Below, in pieces: positions 48,050 through 49,397 of a stretch of 49,397 nucleotides of DNA. Below the pieces are notes generated by a model. That model was not told the origin of the DNA, searched no databases, and was given only the letters and a program-made list of their open reading frames with translations. The first letter of the stretch is position 1. Each line of letters opens with the position of its first letter. The DNA comes from Lysobacterales bacterium. Lineage in GTDB: Bacteria; Pseudomonadota; Gammaproteobacteria; Xanthomonadales; SZUA-36. A program made the translations under genes and the position numbers. The stretch is from assembly GCA_041570235.1 (NCBI GenBank), contig JBFFWN010000001.1, positions 1 through 49,397 on the forward strand. Direction: 5' to 3'.

Positions 48050-49397
48050 TCACCACCAGGCTGCGTACAGGGCGCCCAGCATCAGAATGACACCCAGCGC
48101 TGCCCAGTTGAACCCGCTGGTAGTGGCGGTGCTGACGTCCTTGTATTCGATGGCATCCGGGTGTTCCTCGGCTCCCTGGATCTTCGAGATGACAATACCC
48201 GTCACGATGCAAAGCACAAAGACCCAGCCGACGCGGTCGATGAACGGCAGTTCAGGCCAGGCAAACTTGAAGATCAGCGAGAACACCGCCGAACCGATGG
48301 CGATGCCCAGCGCGCCGTTGGCGGTGGTGCGTTTCCAGAAAATACCCATCAGGAACAGGGCGCACACACCGGGTGTGAAGAAGCCGGTAAACTCCTGGAT
48401 ATACTGGAAGGCCTGGTCAAAATTACCCAGCAGCGGCCGAGCAACGATCATGGCAATAATCATCGCAGTCAGGCTGACCGTACGCCCAACCTTAACCAGG
48501 TGCTGCTCGGAACCTTCCTTGTTGATATGGTGACGGTAGAAATCCATTGTGAAAATGGTGGAGATCGAATTCATCATCGAGGCCAGTGACGAGACGATGG
48601 CTGCGATCAGCGCCGCGAACACCAGGCCAAGCAGACCGGTGGGCAGCAGCCGCATAACCGTTGGATAAGCTTTGTCGGGGGCTGAAAGGTCAGGCGCCAG
48701 CATCACGGCGGCCACACCCGGCAGCACCACGATGACCGGGATCAGCATCTTCAGGTAGGCTGCGAACATGATGCCCTTCTGCGCTTCGGTGACACTCTTG
48801 GCGGCCAGCGCGCGCTGGATAATGTACTGGTTGAAGCCCCAGTAACTGAGGTTCATGATCCACATACCACCGATCAGCACCGAAATGCCCGGCAGGTACT
48901 GGTAGTGCGGGCTGTCCTTGGTGAAGATCAGGTCAAATTTCTCCGGCGCGCGTTCCAGCAGCACACCAAAACCGGCGATCATACCCTCGCCACCGGATAC
49001 TTCATTGAGTGCAATACCTGCAATCAGCAGACCACCGAGCACCAGCAGCGTTACCTGGATGATGTCCGTCATGGCAACCGCCTTGAGCCCGCCGTAAAGC
49101 GAATAGGCCGTTGCAAAAACGCCGAGTGCGACCAGCGCCCACGTCAGGTCGAGTCCCGTTACCGTATTAACCGCCTGTGCGCCCAGCCAAAGGATGGAGG
49201 TCAGGTTGACGAACACGTACACGCCCAACCAGAAGAAGGCCATTACCATGCGCACGCGATGGTCATAACGCTGCTCCAGGAACTGCGGCATGGTGTAGAT
49301 CTGGTGCTTTAAAAACACCGGCAACAGGTATTTGCCAACGATGATCAACGTCAGGGCGGCCATCCATTCGTAGACGCCGATGGCGATACCCATAACC
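48050..49397 (-). CDS. Sodium:solute symporter (SSF, SGLT-like), N-terminus outside window
   Basis: The frame is open to the window edge. GVYEWMAALTLIIVGKYLLPVFLKHQIYTMPQFLEQRY and the following ~11 TM helices match the SGLT/SSF pattern. About 80-100 N-terminal residues are missing. Confidence 0.88.
   Translation of the reverse strand, partial: VMGIAIGVYEWMAALTLIIVGKYLLPVFLKHQIYTMPQFLEQRYDHRVRMVMAFFWLGVYVFVNLTSILWLGAQAVNTVTGLDLTWALVALGVFATAYSLYGGLKAVAMTDIIQVTLLVLGGLLIAGIALNEVSGGEGMIAGFGVLLERAPEKFDLIFTKDSPHYQYLPGISVLIGGMWIMNLSYWGFNQYIIQRALAAKSVTEAQKGIMFAAYLKMLIPVIVVLPGVAAVMLAPDLSAPDKAYPTVMRLLPTGLLGLVFAALIAAIVSSLASMMNSISTIFTMDFYRHHINKEGSEQHLVKVGRTVSLTAMIIAMIVARPLLGNFDQAFQYIQEFTGFFTPGVCALFLMGIFWKRTTANGALGIAIGSAVFSLIFKFAWPELPFIDRVGWVFVLCIVTGIVISKIQGAEEHPDAIEYKDVSTATTSGFNWAALGVILMLGALYAAWW

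Overview
This 49.4-kb window comes from a gammaproteobacterial chromosome. The gene order aspS-yebC-ruvCAB-ybgC-tolQRAB-pal-cpoB-queE-queC-tRNA-Lys is the arrangement I recall from Pseudomonas-like and marine gamma genomes.

Gene content, left to right:
- 1-8.9 kb (+ strand): a TetR regulator with an HlyD/ABC-2 efflux operon, then ETF-ubiquinone oxidoreductase, etfBA and acetoacetyl-CoA synthetase.
- 9.5-16.7 kb: mostly minus-strand metabolism and envelope genes. These are cystathionine beta-synthase and gamma-lyase, a YdcH-like protein, two DUF4398/OmpA lipoproteins, and maiA with a FAH-family hydrolase.
- 17.7-31.2 kb (+ strand): core housekeeping genes ending in a tRNA-Lys(UUU) gene.
- 31.2-43.9 kb: a compositionally mosaic xylose/xylan-utilisation insertion. 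It holds an AraC regulator, xylB, a sugar-porter MFS, xylA, a beta-helix protein, a GH43 enzyme, gene remnants and a Tat-exported FAD oxidoreductase.
- 44-49.4 kb: a cation/proton antiporter, a PolX-like HhH protein divergent from a family-4 uracil-DNA glycosylase, and a 5'-truncated Na+/solute symporter.

I found no CRISPR array, defence system, integrase or transposase.

Two non-coding repeat systems are not explained by ordinary annotation:
1. A roughly 0.55-0.6-kb ORF-less element occurs twice as a diverged inverted pair (8921-9530 and 16820-17455). The pair brackets the strand-switched 7.3-kb block. Each copy carries two ~90-nt compound hairpins whose stems show compensatory substitutions.
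2. A 90-bp MITE-like element with GGGG-terminated inverted repeats occurs twice in direct orientation (31650-31739 and 43827-43916). The two copies bracket the 12.1-kb sugar-utilisation insertion beside the tRNA-Lys gene.

All calls rest on reading the sequence and the supplied ORF translations. No database search was run, so family names come from motif recognition and gene starts are best guesses.
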